A stretch of DNA of 60,396 nucleotides, taken from a virus (taxonomy: Duplodnaviria; Caudoviricetes). The position numbers were made by a program, and so were the translations under genes. The notes beneath the pieces were generated by a model, which saw only the letters and a program-made list of their open reading frames with translations, was not told where the DNA came from and made no database searches. Where the stretch lies: positions 1-60,396 of IMG/VR virus record IMGVR_UViG_3300037848_000009; one strand, written 5' to 3'. Positions 37,766-45,754 of this stretch are shown here, piece after piece; positions within the stretch are counted from its first letter, which is position 1; every line of letters begins with the position of its first letter.

Positions 37766-38397
37766 ATATGTCCCCATCCTTGCGTCGTGTGGCTCCCCAC
37801 GCCGCTATATTCGGCAAAACGTGCCAGTATTGCTATCCATCGTTGCGGTGCCTGCATACGATAGCGAACACGCCCGACAAAACCGTTTAACCAGTGATGG
37901 CGATAGCGTACCCGGCGCGTCTCGCCTGCCAACTCTGTGATTTTGATGTGGTCATACTGGATTTCTGGCACAGCTATATCGGTAATCACCAGCCACCGCC
38001 GCAACACGGCACCAAAAACCACGTTCGGCGCTGGCGAGACGTGACATACACTCTTGCTGCGCACAAAAAAAGGCGACAAAAAGCGTAGCGTTATGTATTG
38101 CTGTGGCTCTGTTGTGTCGATAAGTGATTGATACGACACAGGCGCGCTGCTACGTTGGACTAATGACGATTGATTAAGCGCAGCGCATAGTTCCCCCGTC
38201 AAGGCAGACAGCCAGAGCAATGAGCATCCATCGAGATATGCAGCATAGGGCGGTAGTCCAGTATTATCATGTAGACGTGTTGCCAGGTCGGGCGCGGTCT
38301 GACGAAGGACATGCAACGCTGCATAAAGCGCACCTTCATATTCCGTACATGCTTCCTGGTGGCGCCAGGGCGTGACGTAATGAGCGAGATTACACAT
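37750..38397 (-). CDS. cas6: Cas6-family RAMP endoribonuclease
   Basis: ITLRFLSP, GFVGRVRY, terminal G-loop FAEYSGVGSHTTQGWG. Confidence 0.85.
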   Translation of the reverse strand: MCNLAHYVTPWRHQEACTEYEGALYAALHVLRQTAPDLATRLHDNTGLPPYAAYLDGCSLLWLSALTGELCAALNQSSLVQRSSAPVSYQSLIDTTEPQQYITLRFLSPFFVRSKSVCHVSPAPNVVFGAVLRRWLVITDIAVPEIQYDHIKITELAGETRRVRYRHHWLNGFVGRVRYRMQAPQRWIAILARFAEYSGVGSHTTQGWGHICLED

Positions 38398-39136
38398 ACT
38401 GGCGCACCTCCGGTATTTCGGCAGCAAGTTTATTCCACAGTTCAGGGTAATTTCGCTTCAGCCAGGCATAACGTCCCCACCGGCGTTTCGTCTCGCCTGC
38501 CCAATACGAGACACGCTGGTCATCCTCTGGCATATCCCACATCTTGTCATATGTGCCAGCATACGGCACATTATTACTCACGATATAGGCCCACACATCA
38601 TCATATGTCCAGTGCCCTAATGGTTGGCATTGCCACACGCCGTACTGCCGCGAAAAAAACAGCGCGCCATTGTAGCGCACGCTCTGGCGGCGCCCGTAGC
38701 TCTCTGCTGCCCGGATGCCATACACACAACCGTCATAGCCATATTCGGTAATGAGTGCCCTCACTGGCTGATAGACTGTGCTTTTCATCGTCTGTCGGTC
38801 CAGATCAGCGCCGCCTTCAAGGCCAAATCGTTTCAGTGTTTCAAGAAACGGCTCAGATGTGGGGTAGCGCAAACAATTCGGCGTATTGCCTATCAGGTCC
38901 GATACCTCTGGAAAACAGTTGTCCGCATCCAGGTAAACAGCAGGCACAGCAGGCGCTTGCTCACGCACCAGGTGGAGTACACACACACTATCTTTGCCGC
39001 CGCTGAATGCGATGTAGGGTCGCTCGCAATGTGACAACCAGTTATCAATAATGCCGCGGCTGTATTGGACGCGCTGGCGAAAACCCTTTAAGCGGCTGTG
39101 AGTTTCAAAACGCAGCCGCACAACGTCTGGCATCAT
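38390..39136 (-). CDS. cysH: CysH/PAPS reductase-like accessory protein of type IV-B
   Basis: AFSGGKDS PP-loop, GIRAAES..R, PLGHWT..DVWAYI. Confidence 0.9.
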   Translation of the reverse strand: MMPDVVRLRFETHSRLKGFRQRVQYSRGIIDNWLSHCERPYIAFSGGKDSVCVLHLVREQAPAVPAVYLDADNCFPEVSDLIGNTPNCLRYPTSEPFLETLKRFGLEGGADLDRQTMKSTVYQPVRALITEYGYDGCVYGIRAAESYGRRQSVRYNGALFFSRQYGVWQCQPLGHWTYDDVWAYIVSNNVPYAGTYDKMWDMPEDDQRVSYWAGETKRRWGRYAWLKRNYPELWNKLAAEIPEVRQYV

Positions 39137-40104
39137 TGCATTGCCCCCAGGAACGCACGAATATCATTGCCGTGCTGCTGTAAATGCTGCTGATATTGCG
39201 CACCCAACGGTAGCGATAAAGCATCCCCCTGCACTTCGGTGCGGCTGTCAATGCGCAGCCAGTTGTCGAACTTGACCGCCACTTTGCCTAACCCGACAGC
39301 ACTTTTGCCGCCAATATAGGGGCGCTTGCTGAACTCAACCAGGGTCGTCGCAAACGCCTCAAATTCGACCTCGGACACATCATTCAGTGCAAGTTCCCAA
39401 TAGAAGCGCGTGCCCGCCGCCAGTGTTTCTACGTAGTACATCATCTGCTGATGCTGGCCTGTATCGCGTTGCGGCTCTGTTAACGCGGTCGCCTCCGCCT
39501 TCTCGCGGCGTGTATCATCAAGCAGCTTGCGCGTCTCGCCAGTGAGCAACGGCTGATAATGTTCGTTTTTGGCATCATCTTTGCGCGTGTACATCTCCTC
39601 CTGCAGATACTCCCAGATGGATGTCGTGGCGTGTAACTGATACGCCTCCGGCAACAGGTGGGTAGTCTCCTCGCAGATAGGGATCAGTTTGCCTGTGATT
39701 AACTTCCCCGGCATAATCTGATTGCCCATCCCGCCACCAAAAACGCCCACCAGCGGGATAAGCGAACGCACGCGGCGAGCGGCGTCCACGTCCAAACCGT
39801 GCCCACCACTTTTACTCAGCGAGCCGCCAGAAAACAGGAAATAAAACGCGCTGAGGGGCATGCCAGATACTGTACTATCCTGCTCCACGCCGTAGCCAAG
39901 CTGGCGACACATATGCAGCATGCCAATATCGCGCAACAGGCCGCGCAACCCATTACCGCTAATGACTGGCACATCCTCAACGCTGCCGTTGGGTTGGACG
40001 ATCTTCTCACGGCGTAGCTTCTGGTTGATACCAAACGACTCGCCGCCATTGTGTGTGATACTACTTAGGGCAGTGACCACACCCTCAAAATAATATGTCT
40101 GCAT
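39133..40104 (-). CDS. csf2: Type IV CRISPR Cas7-group backbone Csf2
   Basis: TALSSITH, VPVISGNGLRGLLRD, LFSGG, QMMYYVE, IGGKSAVGLG. Confidence 0.92.
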   Translation of the reverse strand: MQTYYFEGVVTALSSITHNGGESFGINQKLRREKIVQPNGSVEDVPVISGNGLRGLLRDIGMLHMCRQLGYGVEQDSTVSGMPLSAFYFLFSGGSLSKSGGHGLDVDAARRVRSLIPLVGVFGGGMGNQIMPGKLITGKLIPICEETTHLLPEAYQLHATTSIWEYLQEEMYTRKDDAKNEHYQPLLTGETRKLLDDTRREKAEATALTEPQRDTGQHQQMMYYVETLAAGTRFYWELALNDVSEVEFEAFATTLVEFSKRPYIGGKSAVGLGKVAVKFDNWLRIDSRTEVQGDALSLPLGAQYQQHLQQHGNDIRAFLGAMQ

Positions 40105-40472
40105 TAAAAAAGCTCCTCTCCTGTCCGCGCCACTGGCTGTTCAGCTTCTATTGCGTCGCGCCGTTCTTCGTTCATCACGCGCACCAGTAGCACCAGGAGT
40201 GCTGTTTCGTCGCGTAAGGTTTTGAGGATGGCGCGGTCCTGACCACTTGTAAGCACGGTCTGAACGGTTTGCGTGCCGTCTTTGCGTAGCCGAATATCAA
40301 GCCGCCTGCACAGCACATCAAAAAAAGTCGAAAGTTTGCTGGTGTAGGCTGCGCTCTTGATCTGATTCTGAAACTGTTCCCAGATGTTCCTCGCATACTT
40401 GCTCTTGTAACCGTCCGCTATCCCCCGCCACAGGGGATAGAGTAGCTTCTCCGCTATCTCCTGATGCTCCAT
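40104..40472 (-). CDS. cas11: Cas11-like small subunit (type IV-B)
   Basis: 122-aa helical protein between csf1 and csf2; GGAGG RBS. Confidence 0.75.
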   Translation of the reverse strand: MEHQEIAEKLLYPLWRGIADGYKSKYARNIWEQFQNQIKSAAYTSKLSTFFDVLCRRLDIRLRKDGTQTVQTVLTSGQDRAILKTLRDETALLVLLVRVMNEERRDAIEAEQPVARTGEELF

Positions 40473-41112
40473 AGTCTTCCTCCTTCTGTGCCAGAAATAT
40501 GGCGAGTTGGAGCAGTAGCGAGCCGCGCAACGGACTGACCTGCTGCTCTAATGTGTGCCAGCGCTCGATTCCAAACTGGCGTATACGATGCTGCCCATAG
40601 CGCCCCGTTTCGATTTCGGATTTCGTGAAGCCCAAATAGAGGGCGTCTACAAGTTCTTGCGTGGCCTGCCAATGGGGCACATCAGGGCGTGTTGCTTGCT
40701 CTTCAATCTGCCACCAGCCAGGCTGGGCACGAAATATGATATGCTTCTGCCCCGATGTGGCAATGATTGCCACGTCGGCAGTTGGCAGCAATGCTCGCAT
40801 TTGCCGCTTGTCGCCTTTGCTGAGCGGGTGCCAGACGCCTGCCACAACAAAATGGCTATAGTTGCGCATGCGTTGCGGCTTGTCTTTGCCAGTGCGAGCC
40901 TGGAGCAGTTCGGAGGCGTCGTGCACACAGAACTGGCACGCGTGGCACAGGATGGTGCCGGGTCGCAGCTTGTCATGATCGGTGAATGTGTCTTTGACCC
41001 ACCGGGCAAATTCAATGCCCACACCCGGTTGCCCACACATTCGACACACGCCCGATTGCGCGCCTGTCATTGACGGCTCACTGGCAGCCTGATAGATAAG
41101 ATGTGTGCTCAT
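40318..41112 (-). CDS. csf1: Type IV CRISPR large subunit Csf1
   Basis: CRMCG, FTDHD, CHAC zinc finger, SGQKH, GFTKSEIETGRY; 3' end overlaps cas11 by 155 nt. Confidence 0.85.
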   Translation of the reverse strand: MSTHLIYQAASEPSMTGAQSGVCRMCGQPGVGIEFARWVKDTFTDHDKLRPGTILCHACQFCVHDASELLQARTGKDKPQRMRNYSHFVVAGVWHPLSKGDKRQMRALLPTADVAIIATSGQKHIIFRAQPGWWQIEEQATRPDVPHWQATQELVDALYLGFTKSEIETGRYGQHRIRQFGIERWHTLEQQVSPLRGSLLLQLAIFLAQKEEDYGASGDSGEATLSPVAGDSGRLQEQVCEEHLGTVSESDQERSLHQQTFDFF

Positions 41113-41756
41113 AGTCTTTTCGCTCGATTGTACAATGTCTGCCGTTGAACGCCCAATGCCCGCGCGGCGGCTGTCAAATTGCCGTATTCTGCCGTCAAAC
41201 TGTCCAGATAGGCGCGCCCTGGATCGTCTACCGTGTCCATATGCGGCGTGTCATCTGTCAATGCTGGGGTTGACAGGCGTTCAATATGACTTGACATCGC
41301 CTGCATTTGCCGTGCCATCTCCTGCTGCTGCTCTGCGATGTCACGCACAATAATGTACGGGTCGTTGACAACCTGTGTTGTGTCTCGATTGCTGTGCAAA
41401 ACGAGCATCGAAACGAAAAACAGCAGGACCGTAAACGGCGCGCCGTGGAGCAGGGCCAGGGCAATGATGGCCCACGTGGGCAGCGGCATGGCGAACCAGT
41501 CTGGTGAGAGCCGCGCCAGTCCTGCCAGCGTGCCGTAGACCATTTCGATACCCATTGCCAGGGCCGAAATACCAATAGCTAGCTTATGGCGTTCCTGCGG
41601 AATAGGTACCCATCCCAGGCCAATATAGACCCCAACCAGCGACCCGGCAGACAGCAACGCCACCCACCAGGGGAAGATATGCAACGAAAAGTCATAGACC
41701 AAAAACATCGCAACAATAGCCAGCAAGACCATTGCAGAGCGGATGATGAATTGCAT
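41109..41756 (-). CDS. Four-TM membrane protein with C-terminal Fis-type HTH
   Basis: Hydrophobic N-terminal half, coiled coil, GNLTAAARALGVQRQTLYNR. Confidence 0.8.
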   Translation of the reverse strand: MQFIIRSAMVLLAIVAMFLVYDFSLHIFPWWVALLSAGSLVGVYIGLGWVPIPQERHKLAIGISALAMGIEMVYGTLAGLARLSPDWFAMPLPTWAIIALALLHGAPFTVLLFFVSMLVLHSNRDTTQVVNDPYIIVRDIAEQQQEMARQMQAMSSHIERLSTPALTDDTPHMDTVDDPGRAYLDSLTAEYGNLTAAARALGVQRQTLYNRAKRL

Positions 41757-41775
41757 AGTGCTATCCTTTCTGTAA

Positions 41776-41850
41776 ACCCTGCCTTGCCTTGCCCAGCCGA
41801 GCCCAGCCTAGCCCAACCCGGCCCTACCAAGCCTTGCCCAGCCGAGCCCT
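41776..41850 (-). ncRNA. 5-nt periodic (NN-GGY)x15 array C; candidate VIPR-type guide RNA
   Basis: 15 of 15 units read RCC-NN on the plus strand; intergenic. Confidence 0.85.
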
Positions 41851-41860
41851 GAAATGGCGA

Positions 41861-42370
41861 CTATTCGCCGTCCGGTAATTCGCGGCGGCGCATATCCAGA
41901 CGAAACTGCATATCCATTGCCTTGGTCAGTGTGTCCATATGTTGCCGTCGCTCTTCGGTAGTAAGTTGGCTCATATCAACGTGCTGAATGCGCGCCAGTC
42001 CTTTGCCGACTTCATTCTTGATACGTCGGTTCATGTCGCGTAATGCGCGTGCTGCCTGCTCTGAAGGCCGAATGACGAAGTAACTACCGCGTTGATCGGA
42101 TATTAAATCCATTTGCTCTTGCTGCAGCAATGCCTCTTTGAATGCCGTCATATTTTGCAAGAGTGCCAGGTCGTAATCCTGGAGTTCCTTGTGTGTGTAG
42201 CGGCGGCTTTCATCAGGCGGAGTCAATCCAAACGCCTCCGCAAACCATTCACGAGGGATCAAATCGCCATAGGTGAACCCGGCACGCACGAAGGTGCGCA
42301 ACGCCTCTTTCCATGGCGGGTATAATTCCAAATCTTCTATCATATCTTCATGCTCGTGGTTGTCACTCAT
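41861..42370 (-). CDS. Partner protein coupled to the RAMP-like gene
   Basis: ATGA overlap at 42367-42370; 169 aa; enclosed by the arrays. Confidence 0.75.
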   Translation of the reverse strand: MSDNHEHEDMIEDLELYPPWKEALRTFVRAGFTYGDLIPREWFAEAFGLTPPDESRRYTHKELQDYDLALLQNMTAFKEALLQQEQMDLISDQRGSYFVIRPSEQAARALRDMNRRIKNEVGKGLARIQHVDMSQLTTEERRQHMDTLTKAMDMQFRLDMRRRELPDGE

Positions 42371-42975
42371 GCGATACTCCATTCTGCTACACGAAACTTG
42401 CCGAATGTACCGCCGGATTTGCCGGGTCGATAATCCCCGATGCCAACCAGTTGCCCCGCAATCTCAGCGCATTGCCTCAGGTCGTTCGCATTGATCTGTT
42501 CGGGGAAGTATTCCAGTGTAAAGGTCAGCGACCAGGGCGGCGCAAACACCGGACGAGTGCGAAGGACGCGCCCGCCGGTTGCGGTTGGCTTGACCATCCG
42601 CACATCAACAAACGGTTCTTGTTCAAACAGCTTTGCAGGCTCACGAGGGCCATTATAGACCAGCGAAACAGCTTCTTCGGAGACAGTTACCGCAGTCTCA
42701 ATCGCCTTGCCTTTCTTGATCTTGCGCCCACCTTCCACAATCGATTTGCGGACGTTGCGACCCGGCATATAAACGCCCGTGTCCTTGCTGTAATAAATAC
42801 CGCCCAGGAATTCAATCTTGCTCATTTCCTGGATATCGGCATCGGTTTTGGTGCGCTTGCTGCTGATCTCTTTCAGCATACGCGCATACTCGTTCATCGG
42901 GTTTGCCAATCGATCATTGTGCATCATCAGTGGCGTTGCACCGCTGATCGTGACGTGAATGTACTTGAGTTCCAT
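42367..42975 (-). CDS. Stand-alone RAMP/Cas7-like protein (Vipr-like), 202 aa
   Basis: VTISGATPLMMH first strand, YMPGRNVRKSI helix, RTRPVF..WSLTF, G-rich loop GQLVGIGDYRP..GTFGKF; AGAAAGGA RBS. Confidence 0.8.
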   Translation of the reverse strand: MELKYIHVTISGATPLMMHNDRLANPMNEYARMLKEISSKRTKTDADIQEMSKIEFLGGIYYSKDTGVYMPGRNVRKSIVEGGRKIKKGKAIETAVTVSEEAVSLVYNGPREPAKLFEQEPFVDVRMVKPTATGGRVLRTRPVFAPPWSLTFTLEYFPEQINANDLRQCAEIAGQLVGIGDYRPGKSGGTFGKFRVAEWSIA

Positions 42976-42995
42976 GAGTGTTCCTTTCTGTAAAA

Positions 42996-43100
42996 ACCTC
43001 GCCTTGCCGCGCCACGCCCCGCCATGCCCTGCTGTACCTCGCCTTGCCCTGCCTAGCCCAACCACACCACGCCGTGCATCGCCATGCCGAGCCTTGCCCT
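42996..43100 (-). ncRNA. 5-nt periodic (NN-GGY)x21 array B; candidate VIPR-type guide RNA
   Basis: 19 of 21 units read RCC-NN; phase unbroken. Confidence 0.85.
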
Positions 43101-43159
43101 GGAATGGTCGCCACTATGGGCGTCGTGTGGGCAGTTTGCGAACATGCCCAGGTTCCCAA

Positions 43160-43214
43160 GCCCTGCCGCGCCCTGCCGCACCTAGTCCTGCCCTGCCGCG
43201 CCCCGCCTTGCCTT
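43160..43214 (-). ncRNA. 5-nt periodic (NN-GGY)x11 array A; candidate VIPR-type guide RNA
   Basis: 10 of 11 units read RCC-NN; begins about 11 nt after the -10 box. Confidence 0.8.
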
Positions 43215-43225
43215 GAAGTGTCGTT

Positions 43226-43254
43226 ATTATAGCACACCTTCACACGCAATACAA
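43226..43254 (-). promoter_or_regulatory. Sigma70 promoter driving arrays, RAMP gene and cas operon
   Basis: TTGTAT-17-TATAAT with extended TG. Confidence 0.8.
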
Positions 43255-43296
43255 CAGTCGTGTAATAAAGGTAAACAAAATTACCCCACAGACCCC

Positions 43297-43325
43297 TTGA
43301 CATGTCACCTTGAATAGTGTATACT
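43297..43325 (+). promoter_or_regulatory. Divergent sigma70 promoter
   Basis: TTGACA-17-TATACT; palindrome TGACATGTCA overlaps the -35. Confidence 0.82.
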
Positions 43326-43367
43326 GTATTCAAGTTAAGGGAACGCATTACTGAAAGGACACACACG

Positions 43368-43550
43368 ATGATTGAGACACGCGAAGAACTACAGACATGG
43401 CTGGCGGACAATCGGGGAAATCTGGACGTGTACGAATACAGTGACAAAAAAGGCGTGTACGAACTCGACAAAGGGCCAGCCCTCAGCTTTCGCGTACTTG
43501 GCACGACCTGGGAGGAAGTAGCCGACGCGATTGGGGCAAACGACGAATAG
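43368..43550 (+). CDS. Hypothetical protein
   Basis: GAAAGGA RBS before MIETREEL. Confidence 0.65.
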   Translation: MIETREELQTWLADNRGNLDVYEYSDKKGVYELDKGPALSFRVLGTTWEEVADAIGANDE

Positions 43551-43553
43551 AAC

Positions 43554-43947
43554 GATGGCAAACAAGCACGGGGGCCGCCGCCCAGGTAGCGGCCCCAAGC
43601 CCAAAAACACACCCTGGTTGCGAACTGTGAGCGGTAAGTTCACGCCAGAGGAGATTGAACGCATTGACAAGCAACGCCAGCCAAACGAGAGCCGCGCCGC
43701 GTGCGTGCGGCGGCTGGTGATGGAGATCGTTAGAATAATGGAGCAAACCATGAACAGGCAAATAGTCGTGAACGAAGAAGTGCTGGAGGAGTTAATCCGC
43801 CGCTGGACAGGCGCGGAGATCAATCTTGCGCATGAGTTTTCAGGCGACATCGAGGCTTCTCACAGGGAGCTTGACGAAGAAGAGAAGGGTTTGCGGGAAC
43901 GGCTGATTGTGGGCGTCCTGACAAGCGGATCAATGGCAAAGGAGTAA
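43554..43947 (+). CDS. Ribbon-helix-helix-like DNA-binding protein
   Basis: HGGRRPGSGPK followed by an RHH-like segment. Confidence 0.6.
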
Positions 43948-43952
43948 TAGGC

Positions 43953-44180
43953 ATGAAATTCGATATCGACCAGATCAAGCAGTTGCAGCAGGCAATGGAT
44001 GGGATGGGGTTACGGGATGCGTTTTTATGGTTGCGTGAAAACGCACCGGACATCTATGAAACGCCCATCGGAGAGGCGATTGTCACTGGGTTATACGATC
44101 CCGTGGCATGGGCACGGGAATACAACGCCATCGCTGGAGACAAGGCAATGGAATACGCAAGTGGAAAGGTAGAACTGTGA
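43953..44180 (+). CDS. Hypothetical protein
   Basis: AAGGAG RBS. Confidence 0.65.
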   Translation: MKFDIDQIKQLQQAMDGMGLRDAFLWLRENAPDIYETPIGEAIVTGLYDPVAWAREYNAIAGDKAMEYASGKVEL

Positions 44181-45043
44181 AGACGATCATCACACACACA
44201 TCACCGGATTGGGACGCCATTGGGGCTGCGTGGCTCGTGCAGCGGTTCTTATTGCCAGATGCGCAAATCATCTGCGCAGATCGTGAGACTATTGAGAAGT
44301 GCATGAGCGATAGAGAATGCGCGGTCGTGGATTGTGGGGGACAATACGCCCCGCCCTTGCACCACTTCGACCACCACCACCTGCCGGGCGACGCAGCGAA
44401 CCAGACCTGCGCCACTCAACAAGTGTTTGAATGGGCGGCGCGAACCCAACCAATTGCGTATCTTACCCCCATCGTTGATCTGATATGGGCAGGCGACACA
44501 GGGCGCGCCCTGTACGGTGCGGACACAAGCCGCGAGGTCGGTTTACACGCGCTGTTGGCTGGTCGCAAGGTCCTAGGTTGGACAGACGACGCGCTGATGG
44601 AATGGGGATGCCAGGAGCTTGATCTGCTGGCAGCACGGCTGAAGCGCCAGTCAGAAGCCGCTGCCGAGCTTGCGGAGAAATGTGTATGGCAATCGGATGA
44701 TGGAAAGATTGTAGGTATCGAGCACGGGGAGCCGCGCCACAGCCAGGCCGCGTTCGCCACCGGGGCAACGCTTGTCGTGTTTCGTAGCGACATCCCCACT
44801 ACTGATGGGGTGACGCACGCCATTGGTATTCAGCGCAATCAAACGGCTGAATTTCCGCATGTCGGGGAACTGTTGGGCGCGTCCGAGATTGATTTCGAAA
44901 CAGAGGCCGATGGGTGGGTGCGGCTTGAGGCGGGGTTTTTCGCTGGGCGCGGCACCCCCAAAGGTCCGCGCTTTGACCCGGTGCCTGATGGCCTGACTGC
45001 TGAGAGCGTAGCCCGCGCCGTTGACGCGGCTTGGAGGCGATAG
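44177..45043 (+). CDS. DHH/MYG1-like phosphoesterase
   Basis: ITHTSPDWDA, VVDCGG, FDHH. Confidence 0.75.
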   Translation: MKTIITHTSPDWDAIGAAWLVQRFLLPDAQIICADRETIEKCMSDRECAVVDCGGQYAPPLHHFDHHHLPGDAANQTCATQQVFEWAARTQPIAYLTPIVDLIWAGDTGRALYGADTSREVGLHALLAGRKVLGWTDDALMEWGCQELDLLAARLKRQSEAAAELAEKCVWQSDDGKIVGIEHGEPRHSQAAFATGATLVVFRSDIPTTDGVTHAIGIQRNQTAEFPHVGELLGASEIDFETEADGWVRLEAGFFAGRGTPKGPRFDPVPDGLTAESVARAVDAAWRR

Positions 45044-45069
45044 TTTAAGTAGATATGAGGTAAGATAAA

Positions 45070-45104
45070 GCCCCTGGTGAAATGCCAGGGGCCTTGTTTT
45101 ATTC
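45070..45104. terminator. Terminator between convergent genes
   Basis: GCCCCTGG-tgaaatg-CCAGGGGC followed by a T-rich tract. Confidence 0.7.
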
Positions 45105-45105
45105 A

Positions 45106-45732
45106 TCAGGCAGCGCGCCGCCCGCGCCGGTCGTGCTGGCTCGCGTCAAAATTGTCGAGCGCCTCCTGCGGAATGTAGCGCCGCCGTCCAAGCTGGATAT
45201 GCGACAATATCCCCCGATAGCACCACGAGCCTATGGTGTGCCGTGTGACACACATCCGCGCGGCGGCCTCGTCCATCGTGTGCAGGCGATGCACGGCGCG
45301 GGCATCTTCGACCACTTCGCGCCAGTCCGGGTCAGTTACGCGGGCCGGGTCAACAAGCACGCTGTAGATCGGGTCGCTCAAAAAATCTTCTAGCGTTTCA
45401 TCGGTCACAATATAGTGACCGTTTGGTTGTGGGCTGCAGCGCGTTTTACCTGCTCGCGTTCGCTGTGCTTTCAGCCACCCGCGCCGATACCAGAGATAAA
45501 TAGTGCTCTGGCACACGCCGAGCAATGGTGCCAGCCCGTGCAGGGTATGCGATTGGATAGCGCCGCTGGTGCGCAGCGACCGGACGCTATAACCACGGTA
45601 GTTCAACATCGCATACAGAGCATTATCCGATGTGTGATAGTAGTGGGCAATGTTCCGCACGCTCTCACCGTGGCTGATCCTCGTTAAAACGTCCTGCAAC
45701 TCGTTTTCTTTCCAGGTACGCGGTGGCCTCAT
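45106..45732 (-). CDS. Multi-HTH DNA-binding protein
   Basis: Three HTH-like segments, the last HTH_17-like. Confidence 0.72.
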   Translation of the reverse strand: MRPPRTWKENELQDVLTRISHGESVRNIAHYYHTSDNALYAMLNYRGYSVRSLRTSGAIQSHTLHGLAPLLGVCQSTIYLWYRRGWLKAQRTRAGKTRCSPQPNGHYIVTDETLEDFLSDPIYSVLVDPARVTDPDWREVVEDARAVHRLHTMDEAAARMCVTRHTIGSWCYRGILSHIQLGRRRYIPQEALDNFDASQHDRRGRRAA

Positions 45733-45754
45733 TGGTGTGTCTCCGTGGTCATTA

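Noticed and set aside
41776-43214. Arrays as a CRISPR array or a simple microsatellite
   Set aside because: There are no 23-47 nt repeats with spacers, and two fixed positions per unit vary freely, unlike slippage repeats.
42976-43232. ORFs crossing the arrays, including a 30-aa N-terminal extension of the RAMP gene
   Set aside because: They are G/R/A/P-rich translations of a 5-nt repeat; the real ATG at 42975 has a strong RBS.
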